Shown: positions 1 to 10,232 of the stretch, piece after piece
How the letters are laid out: every line of letters begins with the position of its first letter
How positions within the stretch are numbered: the first letter of the stretch is position 1
DNA from: an uncultured Hormoscilla sp.
GTDB lineage: Bacteria; Cyanobacteriota; Cyanobacteriia; Cyanobacteriales; Desertifilaceae
Assembly (NCBI GenBank): GCA_963921275.4
Contig: OZ001293.3
Coordinates: 5,408,001 to 5,472,000, forward strand
DNA: 64,000 nucleotides
Direction: 5' to 3'
Notes under the pieces: generated by a model
Databases searched by the model: none
Seen by the model: only the letters and a program-made list of their open reading frames with translations
Told to the model about the DNA's origin: nothing
Made by a program: the position numbers and the translations under genes

Positions 1-47
1 GGCTGAGTGGCATTCTCTGGTAGGAACTGGGATTACATTGCCTCTGA

Positions 48-557
48 TTAAATATGCATAAAAACACTATTCCCATATTGTTCGGGTAATTCTCTGTGCT
101 TCTCATTATCCATAAGACTCCATTGATAAATTTTATGCTCTTCTGTTCCCAGGTATATTGAACTCTGTCCTCTCAAAAATACTAATCTTTTTCCCTGTTT
201 TTCCAGGGCCATAACCAGGTTATCATAAGCATCAAGATAATCAGGCTTCACTGCGATCGCCTGTTTGTAGGCAGCGATCGCCTGTTCGATTTTTCCCTGT
301 TCCCAGAAGCAAGCCCCCAGATTATTATAAGTCTCAGGCCAATCTTGCTTTATAGATATCACCTGTTGGAAATAGTTGATCGCCCGATCGTATTCCCTCG
401 TCCGATAAGCAATAATTCCCAGCAGAAGCATAGCCTCTACCTGGTGAGGCTGCTGTTCTAGCATCGCCAAATAAACAGCCCTCGCTTCATTCAGACGTCC
501 GGCTTTGTAGTGACCCAAAGCCTCTCTTAACCAATCATTATCCGCTTGCTGTACCAT
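48..557 (-). CDS. TPR repeat protein, probably truncated or frameshifted at the C-terminus
   Basis: TPR motifs (AMLLLGIIAY, TYNNLG, AIAAYKQAIAVKPDY, AYDNL) followed by a non-TPR tail. Confidence 0.7.
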   Translation of the reverse strand: MVQQADNDWLREALGHYKAGRLNEARAVYLAMLEQQPHQVEAMLLLGIIAYRTREYDRAINYFQQVISIKQDWPETYNNLGACFWEQGKIEQAIAAYKQAIAVKPDYLDAYDNLVMALEKQGKRLVFLRGQSSIYLGTEEHKIYQWSLMDNEKHRELPEQYGNSVFMHI

Positions 558-821
558 TTCACCTCCTAATCATAACAGACAAACCAACGGCTCGTAACGA
601 CGAAATCGGCTATGTGAACTACGAACTGACCGATTTGACTGAGCTGTAAAGTTCGACGGTTATCGCCCAAAACAAGCAAATAAGACAAATGCGATCGCAC
701 CCAAAGAGCGTTTTCCCGAGATGTTTTCAAAACAAAATCTCAAAAATGTTGCACGGTGCGATCGCGCGAGATGATCGCCCAAACAACAACAAAAAACCAT
801 TTATTCATAGAGGAGTTTTCC

Positions 822-3098
822 ATGACCCAAATACGTTCCAAACTAGCTGCCGACTATGCCAGCGAAGGGCAACTCGCTCTGAAGAAAACCATCGGCAAAC
901 TGCTAGCCGACCGCGTCCGTGCCAAACTGGCTGCCAAAAAGCCAGCAACCGCCCCAACTACCCAGGAAATCCTCGGCGGCGAAACCGAAACCGATCACGC
1001 AGTGGCCGCCTGGTTCCTGGGGCCACGCGGCGAAAACGTGGATCTGTTCTCAGAACTCGTCTCCGTTGCTCTCAACGATCATGTCTTTTGGCGGCGCAAC
1101 TTCCACCCCAGCGACCCCTCTCCTATCACCGAAAGCATGAAGCGGGAACCCGGGTATCTGGACGCCGTAGATCTTCTGAAAACCGAGTTCTACAACCTGC
1201 TGGCAGAGCTGAAAAAATCCGGACCGTTTGCTAGCATACGCTACCAGGGGCACATGACCTGGGATCAGACCATGCCCGGTATGGCTGGTTATTTCGCCGC
1301 CATGCTCTACAACCAGAACAACGTGGCCCTGGAAGCTTCCCCCATCACCACCGTCCTGGAAGTGGAAGCCTCCCAGGACCTGTGCGAGATGTTGGGCTAT
1401 CGCGAGACTACACCGAAGCCTTGGGGACACTTAACCTGTGGCGGTTCCACCGCAAATATTGAAGCCCTGTGGGCGGCCCGCAACCTGAAGTTTTATCCCC
1501 TCTCCCTGCGCCAGGGTCTCACCGAGCTCGACCCCACCGTAGCCGCTGCCTTCACAGTCACCCGGCCCGACGGCACCACGGCCAAAATGGCGGGATTGGA
1601 TGCTTGGCAGATGCTGAACCTGCCCGTGGATGAGGTATTAGACCTTTACAATCGTCTGGTGGACCCGAACGGGGCGTATAAGGTCGATGCGGTCGCCCTC
1701 GACAGCGCCATTGCTCCCTACTCCCTCCAGAACATAGGCTTCCTGGGTTATGCCCAGCAATTCCTCGCGGGCACCGAGGTAGGCGAACCCGTCGTCCTTG
1801 TTCCCGCTTCTAAACACTACTCCTTGCCCAAGGGGGCTGCCGTTCTGGGGCTGGGGGCAAATAACATGCTTACCGTGCCCTTAGACGTATACGGTCGCAT
1901 GGATGTGGAGGCCCTGACAGCGGCGATCGAGAGCTGCGTTAGCAAAAAGCAGCCCATCATCGCCGTTGTTGCTGTCTTTGGCACCACGGAAGAGGGCTGC
2001 GTCGATCCCCTGACGAGCATCTTAGACCTGCGGAATGAAAACCGTCTCAACAACAATGTGGAATTTGCCGTCCACGGAGACGCAGCTTGGGGCGGTTACT
2101 TTGCTGTCTTGCTGTGGGATAGTGCGGATCCCCCCCAAGGAACGGAGTCTGGGTTGCCCATGAGCGACTACGTCATTGAGCAGTATCAAAACCTCAAGCA
2201 TACGGATACGATCACGATCGATCCCCACAAAACTGGCTACTTGCCCTATCCTGCCGGTGCTTTGTGTTATCGCAACATGGCCATGCGCAGCCTGATTGCT
2301 TTTGAAGCGCCTTACATCAACACGGGCGACGACAACGATACACCCGACGAGCTGATTTTGGGCACCTACGGCATTGAAGGCTCGAAGCCGGGTGCCGCCG
2401 CTGCCGGGGTGTATCTCAGCCACGCTGCGATTTCCCTCACGCGCCAGGGCTACGGCAAAATTCTCGGCCGCACGATTTTCAACTGCAAAGCATTCCACTT
2501 GTCTTTGATGAAGGCGAGCCTGAAGAGCGAAGAGAAGGATGGTTTTATTGTCGTTCCTACGCCCAAACTCGAACCTTCGGTGATTCCATTCTTCCAGAAA
2601 TTGGTGCTGGGTAAAACCCCGAAGGAGATCCTGAACGATACTAGCGGCGCGTTGCTCGATGTCCTGCGTCAAACTGGCTCGGATTTGAACATCATTACCT
2701 ATGCCTTCAACTACAAGGTCAACGGTATCCTCAATCGAGATCTGGCTCAGGTGAATGCTTTCAACAAGCGCATTTACGATCGCGTCAGCGTCAAAGCCGA
2801 CGGTCGCGACATTTACAACTACGAAATCCTCTTGAGTACGACAGATTTCGTCAAGGCATACTACGGCGAGGTCTTCTTCAACGATTACCGCAACCGCTTG
2901 CTTGACTTGAGCGACGACGCGCCAGACAATCCTGCGGAGATGAAGATTTCGGTGATGCGATCGACCATCATGGATCCGTGGATTACGGAATACGTCGATG
3001 GTGCTCCTTTTGTGGAATACATCGTTGCCAAACTCTTCGACATCGTGCGCGAAGTGGTGGCTGAAGTGCGAGGTGATTCTGCTATGTCTGTGGGCTAG
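822..3098 (+). CDS. Group II PLP-dependent decarboxylase, tyrosine-decarboxylase-like
   Basis: RYQGHM, GHLTCGGSTAN, HGDAAWGGY, PLP lysine motif DPHKTGYLPYPAG, EGSKPGAAA; AGAGGAG RBS before ATG 822. Confidence 0.85.
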   Translation: MTQIRSKLAADYASEGQLALKKTIGKLLADRVRAKLAAKKPATAPTTQEILGGETETDHAVAAWFLGPRGENVDLFSELVSVALNDHVFWRRNFHPSDPSPITESMKREPGYLDAVDLLKTEFYNLLAELKKSGPFASIRYQGHMTWDQTMPGMAGYFAAMLYNQNNVALEASPITTVLEVEASQDLCEMLGYRETTPKPWGHLTCGGSTANIEALWAARNLKFYPLSLRQGLTELDPTVAAAFTVTRPDGTTAKMAGLDAWQMLNLPVDEVLDLYNRLVDPNGAYKVDAVALDSAIAPYSLQNIGFLGYAQQFLAGTEVGEPVVLVPASKHYSLPKGAAVLGLGANNMLTVPLDVYGRMDVEALTAAIESCVSKKQPIIAVVAVFGTTEEGCVDPLTSILDLRNENRLNNNVEFAVHGDAAWGGYFAVLLWDSADPPQGTESGLPMSDYVIEQYQNLKHTDTITIDPHKTGYLPYPAGALCYRNMAMRSLIAFEAPYINTGDDNDTPDELILGTYGIEGSKPGAAAAGVYLSHAAISLTRQGYGKILGRTIFNCKAFHLSLMKASLKSEEKDGFIVVPTPKLEPSVIPFFQKLVLGKTPKEILNDTSGALLDVLRQTGSDLNIITYAFNYKVNGILNRDLAQVNAFNKRIYDRVSVKADGRDIYNYEILLSTTDFVKAYYGEVFFNDYRNRLLDLSDDAPDNPAEMKISVMRSTIMDPWITEYVDGAPFVEYIVAKLFDIVREVVAEVRGDSAMSVG

Positions 3099-3225
3099 CG
3101 CGCTCGAATTAACTTTGGGGTCCTGGGCGATCGCATCGGACCCCATTGCTCTCAGATGTTTTCACCACGAAATCTCGGATCCTGGGGAAAGCGATACGGA
3201 AGTTGTATGTTGTCGGTCCAGTCTA

Positions 3226-4121
3226 GGGCGTGTCATCAGTTAAGCCAAACAACAGTAGCAGCCAGGTAGATAGCAGCCAAGAAATTCTGAGCCCTCTTAT
3301 CGTAACGGGTGGCAATGGCTCGATATTGCTTGAGTTTGGCAAAAAAATTCTCAATCAAATGACGTGCTTTGTATAGATATTTGTCATAACGGCGTTGTTC
3401 TTTTCGATTGGATTTAGGCGGAATCACAGGTTCGCATTGCTGGGCTTCAAGACGTTTCAAAACCCGTTCGTCAGCATCAGAAGCTTTGTCTGCGAGTAAC
3501 GCATCAGCCTTAATATTATCAAGTAACACATCAGCCCCTTCCAAATCGTGAGCTTGACCGGCTGTTAAATGAAAACCCGTTGGGTTCCCCAATGCGTCAC
3601 AGGTCGCGTGAATTTTGGTACTCAAACCCCCTTTACGGCGTCCGATGGCTTGGTCGCAATCTTTTTTTTTGAGCACCTGCACTATGTTGATGAGCCCTTT
3701 ATATCGTGGCATCAATCATCGCATATTCGTTATCGGCATCGGACGCAAGTACCTTGAATACTCTTTCCCATACCCCGGATTTTGACCACCTACTATGGCG
3801 CGTATGAATTACCCTCAAGTCCCCAAATCGCTCGGGTAAGTCCCGCCAAGGTATCCCAGCTCTATATCGATACAAGACAGCATAGACAAATAAGCGGTTA
3901 TCCTTAGCTGTCCCCCCCACATAACCCTCCCGACCTGGCAATAGGTCCCTGATTCTCTCCCACTGGTCATCTCTTAAAGCATAGCGACGCATTTCTCAAA
4001 TTCTCCTGCTCTAACCTTTACCCTCTTAGATCACACCAATATATCCTGGTTGTCAACTCAATCATCTTGTTATATATTTTTGGTGGGGACCCATATCGTT
4101 AATCTAACTGATGACACGCCC
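3226..4121 (-). mobile_element. IS5-family (IS427-like) element with inactivated split transposase
   Basis: Terminal IRs GGGCGTGTCATCA / TGATGACACGCCC flanked by TA; ORFs 3699-3992 ([12 protein letters not shown]) and 3236-3715 (KLKQYRAIATRYDK); A-run frameshift window; stop after DATI. Confidence 0.92.
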
Positions 4122-5372
4122 TAGCAAGTGGGGGGTCATGATCTTGGGAGCTGACGGAGAAGCCAATGTTACCTTAGCGAATCTTGGTAGAGCTACATCT
4201 GAGAACCAAACTACTAATCCAGTGCCATTTCGCGATCCTCGGGATGATTACGTATATATTATGACGAGTCCTGCTGTCTTAGAAAAGGCAGCAGCGCAGG
4301 TGGGAACGTCAGTCGAAGAGTTCTCTCCTAAAATAGATACCCCTACAGGTAGTGCGATTATTGCTGTTGAGGTGGAGGGTAGCAGCCCCGAGGAAGCTCA
4401 GAAAAAATCTCAGGCTCTTTATCAGGTAACGAGACAGGAGATTGACCGGTTAAGAGAGACTGTATTAAAACAGCGGGAGCCAGATAATAGAGCTACCTTA
4501 CAAGCAGCTCGCCATAGGCTAAAGGCCACAGAGAGAAATCTTTCCAGCTTTCAGGAAAACTCGGTTTTACTTTCTGACGAACAACTCAAACAAATTGCCT
4601 TGAACCTGGAAAATTTGCGCCGCGACAGGGCTGAATTAAGGGCCCGAGAGCGGGGACTGAGAAGCCGCATAGAACAGTTATCTAGAGAATTAAAGCTGTA
4701 AAATTTATTTCCCCAGAAGTAAATGATGGTTATATTCTGCAAGCGGATGAAGTTTATCAGCAATACCTCCAAGAATACGGAGAACTCAGCGCTGAACTTG
4801 CCAATTTGGAATCTCTGCTAGGACCATTGCATCCTCAGGTGCTGTCCAAACGCGCCGCCGTGGAGGCTGCTACCGCAACTTTGCAAGGGCGAGGTTCTTT
4901 TCTTTTAGGCAGACCGGTTACTCAAAAAACACTGGTGCTGATTAAACATCTCACCCTCGACCCCAATATCAGGATAATGCGGCAAGAACTGTATGGGAAT
5001 TTAGTGAACAATCGGGCAAACTGGCGTAAACTGGCCATCGAGATCGAAACTCTAGAGCCGGAAATTGCCCTGTTTGAGAGTCGCCTCAAGGGTCTGACTC
5101 AACAACAGGTTACGGTGGATAACCTGCAGCGGGAGATTCAAATTGCTCAAGCTATCTTTGCCAGCACTATAGCTAAGTTAGATTTGGGGAAAGGAAACAT
5201 CTATTCTATTTATCCCATCATGCAGTTGGTGGCACCGCCGAGTTTGCCCGATCGGGACAAACCGACTGCTCCCAGACCTCAACTTATTTTCCTGGGTGGC
5301 GCAGCAGCTTCAATCATCGTTACTATTGCCTTAATTTTACTCTGGTTGGAAAGGCCCAGATCTCCAGAATGA
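4122..5372 (+). pseudogene. GumC/Wzz-like polysaccharide chain-length regulator, N-terminus lost at the IS5 and frameshifted near 4700
   Basis: Coiled-coil ORFs 4111-4701 and 4806-5372; HPQV motif; C-terminal YPIMQLVAPPSLP plus TM helix. Confidence 0.75.
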
Positions 5373-5975
5373 TCTTCGACCTGAAGGTAGAATGATTAAT
5401 GCTGTTGCATAGTTTGGGGATGTTACTAGCAACTTGAGGAGAATTGAAAATTGAAAATTGAAAATTGAGCAAGAGTTAATTGACAATTGTTCCATTTTCC
5501 ATTCGCCATTCGCAATTAGCCATTTGATCTGAGCTTCCACAGATCTGGACAGTGGGAAGTTCTTTGGGGAACTGCTCAAGCATGGAAGCGGATTTGGGCC
5601 AGATAGACCTATAGCAATTCGCTGGCTCCTAAAGGCTTACAGCCTTTAGGAGCCAGCGGTTCAGCTTTTAGAATAGGTTCTATTTTCAGAGAACTTCGCA
5701 CTCTCCAGTAAGGATATTAAGAGTTAATAATGATTGGCAATCCTATTGGTTAAATTTGAGCCAAGAAAATTCGTCCCTTACCCAAGCCGTCTAACAGTTA
5801 TTGAGACTCTCACCTTCTCGACATCAGTTTTCTGCCATGATAGCGCTCTGAACATATATAAATCTCGGGCGTCAATATTGCCAGATGTTCACCGGCGATA
5901 TTGAGGCTCTGTCCTACCAACTACTTTTGACCACATCACCGGTTCATGATTAAGTGTCACTGACCATTACACCCC

Positions 5976-7955
5976 CTATAAAGAGCACTTGGGGCGAAGG
6001 GGAATGGCGATCGCAAACTCAGTGCCAGCATCGGGGTCCGAGAGGCAGCGCAATTGCCCGCCGTGCCGATCGACAACAATCTGGTAACTAATAGATAATC
6101 CCAAACCGGTCCCCTTGCCCACAGGTTTAGTAGTGACGAAACAGTCAAATAGGCGATTCTGCACATCTGAGGGGATACCCGAGCCATTATTCTTAATTTT
6201 AATCGCCACCTGGTCAGATTCTCCCAAACTGGTACTAATCCAAATTTTACCAGGTTGCGGGGCTGATTCTCTGATAATTGTTGATGATTTAACTCCTCCA
6301 TAGCGTCAATGGCATTGAGGAGGATATTCATAAACACCTGATTTAACTGACCGGGGTAACATTCCACCAAAGGCAGTTCACCATACTCTTTGATAATTTC
6401 AATACTAGGGCGATCTGGTTTCTCCTTCAGGCGACTGTCGAGAATCATCAAGGTGCTGTCAATGCCTTCATGGAGATCGACCTGTTTCATGTCGGCTTCA
6501 TCTAAGCGCGAGAAAGTCCGCAGGGACTTGACTATCTCCCTGATGCGAGCGGCCCCTACTTTCATCGACGCCAACAGTTTAGGAAAATCGGCGAGCAGGA
6601 ATTCCAAATCTATTTCTTCAGCAGCAGATTTAATTTCTGGATGAGGGTGAGGATAATGTTGAGCGTAAAGCTGAATCATTTCGATTAAGTCGGAAGCATA
6701 GTTTGTAGCTGGGGCAATATTACCATAGATAAAGCTAGTGAGATTATTGATTTCATGAGCAACTCCAGCGACCAACTGACCCAAAGCTGCCATTTTCTCA
6801 TTCTGAACCAACTGATTTTGAGTGTACTTGAGTTCTTGCAAGGCAACTGTCTTTTCCTGGACTTGCTGATCCAATGCATCTGTATGAATAAGCACCCGAC
6901 CTGTGAGAGGACGCAGCAACAGCACTAGACCTCCAGTACCCAGGAGACTGAGAAATGCGATCGCTATGCCGACAATTACCAGTTGCCGATTGACTGGCCC
7001 ATAAAGATCCCGGCGATCGATCTTGATAGCTAGCCCCCAGTTGCTATTTTTAATTGGCTCAATGGCAAGGATTACCGTTTCTCCTGAGGCGGCGGAAACC
7101 TTTAGCAACCCCGCCTCCCGTGATGCTACGGATTTTTCTATTGCCTGCAAGATGCCTCCCGATGCCTGAACTTGATTTCGCAAAGGGAAAAACAACTGCA
7201 CTTGGTTATTATTGACAGCGCCGAGAAGGGTTTCCCCAGTTTCTCCCAAACCCGTGTAATCTGTGACAATCCTTTGCAAACCGGTAATTTTGAACAAAAC
7301 GATGTCCGTTCCCACCCGCTGTTTAGAGATTGGGTTGATAATTGGGGATCCCACCACTAAATAGGACTCACCCTCTAGCCCGATCGGTTCTTCAACCAAG
7401 GCTTTTTTAGAACCCGCTGGCAGTATCGACCAAAATTCAGATGGAATAGGCAACCCCACCTGGGCGATCTGCTTACCAGTCGCGTCGAGGCGCGTTATCC
7501 CGACAACATCCTCGGCTTGGTTAAGGGCGTCAGTCAAGATGCTGGAGACTTCTTTACCAACCTCATCCAGGTTGATGGTTCCCCTGTTGTATTCTTGCAA
7601 CATTTTACGGGCTTTAGTGCGGCTGGCGATCTGCTCGCGGTGTCTCTCGGGAGCTCGATGTCTCCGGAGAGCGCTAATCGCACTACTCCGGAGACATCGT
7701 AGGAGCACTACCCGAGAGACACCGCGGCGACATCTTTAGCTCTGGAGAGGAATTGAGCAACCGTCATGGTGCGGGTATGCAGGGCGAACTGAATATTTCT
7801 TTCCTCCTGTTTTTTCAATTGGTTGTACAGGGGCATGATGCTCATCAGCGCCACGACGGCACCCATGCCTGCCCAAAAATACCCAGATCCCAATAAAGGA
7901 TCGGAAGACGCTGTAATTGTTTCGAGTTAGTGGGATAATTGTAATTGCTTTTCAT
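5976..7955 (-). pseudogene. Membrane sensor histidine kinase broken by frameshifts and a hairpin mini-element
   Basis: H-box LGQLVAGVAHEINN, N-box QVFMNILLNAIDA, G-box TTKPVGKGTGLGLSIS in a separate frame (5976-6227); 89-bp insertion at 7637-7725. Confidence 0.85.
7637..7725. repeat. Doubly nested hairpin mini-element
   Basis: Outer arms GCGGTGTCTCTCGGG / CCCGAGAGACACCGC; inner CGATGTCTCCGGAG-AGCGCTAATCGCACTA-CTCCGGAGACATCG. Confidence 0.85.
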
Positions 7956-8027
7956 ATTAGACTACACTACTACAATAACAAGGGATCTCATATTGCCTGT
8001 CGGGCTTCAAAGGAGGAAGCATAATAG

Positions 8028-10034
8028 ATGATATCACTTTGGCGTGAATTTCAACCCTTAGCTGCGATCGCCGTCACCTCCACTGCCACTTTTCGCCTTC
8101 AGTTTGTTACGAACCTTTGGGTGCCAGCATCTTTAGGTAATATTCCCGGGACGCAGGTTTACCAAGGTTCTCTCAAAGAACATCTTGCCACCCTGTGGTC
8201 AAACCATCGGGCTTTAATCTTCTGTCTGGCAACTGGGGCAGTTGTGCGCCTCATTGCTCCCTTGCTAAAGGATAAATCTCGCGACCCCGCTGTCATAGTT
8301 ATAGATGAAGGGGGAAAATTTGTCATCAGTTTGTGTAGCGGACATCAAGGGGGCGCTGACAAATTAGCAAGGTTAATTGCACAGCAACTGGGGGCAACTC
8401 CTATCTTAACAGGGGCATCTGCTGCCTTACAATTACCAGGAGTAGATATGCTGGGGGTTCCCTTTGGTTGGCAGCGGGGCCCAGGGGACTGGACGGAGGT
8501 AAGTGCAGCAGTTGTCAGGGGAGAACCCGTCCAGGTAATGCAAGAAGTGGGCACAACCCTTTGGCAAAAGCATCTTCCCGAAGGACATCAATTCTCTTTT
8601 CACTTGGATAATGATAAAATATCCCCCCAAGGTAGGATTTGGATTAGCCACCGCCGATTAGATCCAGAGGATGATATCCTCCAGGTACAGTGGCATCCGA
8701 GAGTGTTGTGGGTGGGAATAGGTTGCGAACGAGGAACTTCTCGTCAGCTGATTGAAAGGGCAATTACAGAAGTGATGCAGACTCATGCTTTGGCAGAAGG
8801 GGCGATCGCAGGTATTGCGACAATTGACCTAAAAGCTGATGAAGTCGGGTTGGTGGAACTCTGTCGCGATCGCCTCTTTCCCCTACGCACTTTCCCCGCA
8901 GAAGTCCTGGGTTCTGTGGCTGTTCCTACCCCTTCAGCTGTAGTCGAAAAAGCAGTAGGAACTCCCAGCGTCGCCGAAGCAGCTGCTGTACAAGCTGCGG
9001 GTGCAGAACCTTTCGATATCTCTGGTCGCTCGATGTCTTCTGGTGCTGCATCTCGTGGGAGCGCTACTCGCACTACCCACGAGATGCAGCGCGCTAGTCG
9101 CACAAAAGAGAAGACATCGTATTCGCACTACCCCAGAGACATCGAAGCATCCCTATTGGTTGCCAAGCAAATTTTTAGAACAGAAGGGGAACCAGGGGTA
9201 GTCACAGTGGCGATCGCTCAAGCTGCTGTAGAATATACAGGACGCCCAGGTAAACTATTACTTGTGGGCATCGGACCGGGGCAATTAGACCAAATCACCC
9301 CAGCTGCTCAAACTGCGATCATTAGTGCCGATGCGCTCGTCGGTTATTCTCTCTATATCGACTTAATTGCTTCTTTACGGCGTCCTGGACAAATTGTCGA
9401 AGCATTTCCTATTACACAGGAACGCCAACGGGGAGAAAGGGCGATAGAACTTGCGAAATGGGGTTTAACAGTAGCAGTAATATCTTCAGGAGATTGCGGC
9501 ATTTATGGCATGGCCGGATTAGTCATGGAACAATTGCGATCGTCCTTTTGGGATGGGAAAATCCCCATAGTGGAAGTCTTGCCCGGCATCACAGCCATGC
9601 AAGCAGCAGCAGCGAAGGTGGGTGCGCCGTTAATGCATGATTTCTGTGCCATCAGTTTGAGTGACTTGCTGACACCTTGGGAGGTAATCGAAAAGCGCCT
9701 ACACGCCGCCGCCCAAGCATATTTTGTTACCGCACTCTATAATCCCCGCTCGGCTAACCGGACTCAGCAAATAGTCACAGCCCAGCAGATATTCCTACAA
9801 TACCGTAAACCAGATACTCCTGTGGCGATCGTCCGTTCAGTTTACCGAGAATCAGAACAAATTACCCTGACAACCCTTGACAAATTCCTGGAAATTCCCA
9901 TTGATATGCTCACCACCGTGCTGATCGGCAATCAAAGTACCTACATCCACAGTGATTGGATGATTACTCCGCGCGGTTATCTATCACAAAGTTCCGCTAT
10001 TAGCCCGGGGTTCAAACCCCCGCGTCATAGCTAA
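8028..10034 (+). CDS. cobJ: CbiG-CobJ(CbiH) fusion, precorrin-3B C17-methyltransferase, with a 45-codon in-frame insertion
   Basis: CbiG motifs (DPAVIVIDE, SGHQGGA, GIGCERG, TPSVAEAAA) and CobJ motifs (VGIGPG, SSGDCGIYGMAG, HDFCAISLSDLLTPW, TPRGY). Confidence 0.93.
   Translation: MISLWREFQPLAAIAVTSTATFRLQFVTNLWVPASLGNIPGTQVYQGSLKEHLATLWSNHRALIFCLATGAVVRLIAPLLKDKSRDPAVIVIDEGGKFVISLCSGHQGGADKLARLIAQQLGATPILTGASAALQLPGVDMLGVPFGWQRGPGDWTEVSAAVVRGEPVQVMQEVGTTLWQKHLPEGHQFSFHLDNDKISPQGRIWISHRRLDPEDDILQVQWHPRVLWVGIGCERGTSRQLIERAITEVMQTHALAEGAIAGIATIDLKADEVGLVELCRDRLFPLRTFPAEVLGSVAVPTPSAVVEKAVGTPSVAEAAAVQAAGAEPFDISGRSMSSGAASRGSATRTTHEMQRASRTKEKTSYSHYPRDIEASLLVAKQIFRTEGEPGVVTVAIAQAAVEYTGRPGKLLLVGIGPGQLDQITPAAQTAIISADALVGYSLYIDLIASLRRPGQIVEAFPITQERQRGERAIELAKWGLTVAVISSGDCGIYGMAGLVMEQLRSSFWDGKIPIVEVLPGITAMQAAAAKVGAPLMHDFCAISLSDLLTPWEVIEKRLHAAAQAYFVTALYNPRSANRTQQIVTAQQIFLQYRKPDTPVAIVRSVYRESEQITLTTLDKFLEIPIDMLTTVLIGNQSTYIHSDWMITPRGYLSQSSAISPGFKPPRHS
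9012..9146. repeat. Triply nested hairpin mini-element, in frame within cobJ
   Basis: TCGATATCTCTGG...CCAGAGACATCGA encloses CGATGTCTTCT...AGAAGACATCG, which encloses TGCATCTCGTGGG-AGCGCTACTCGCACTA-CCCACGAGATGCA; 135 bp. Confidence 0.85.
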
Positions 10035-10232
10035 AGTCGGTTAAAACCGACTTAAAAAAATAGTTTTTAGTACAACAATTTTAGGACTATAATATTGTTA
10101 AAGCCCGATTGCCCAATCGCCAGCCCGCGCAGGCGGGCTTGTAACTGTAGCCGCACCCCTTGTTCCCTGGGGACCGCCTGGGAACGGTGACGGCCCCATT
10201 CCCAGGCAGAGCCGTGGGAACGGGTGACGGCG

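Noticed and set aside
2022..3146. 374-aa minus-strand ORF and the 689-1234 ORF
   Set aside because: Shadow frames of the GC-rich decarboxylase gene with no recognisable motifs
5441..5520. Heptamer repeats at gene ends (also near 18420, 30242, 34417, 42465, 48233) and HIP1 sites as a novel signal
   Set aside because: These are well-known cyanobacterial STRR and HIP1 features
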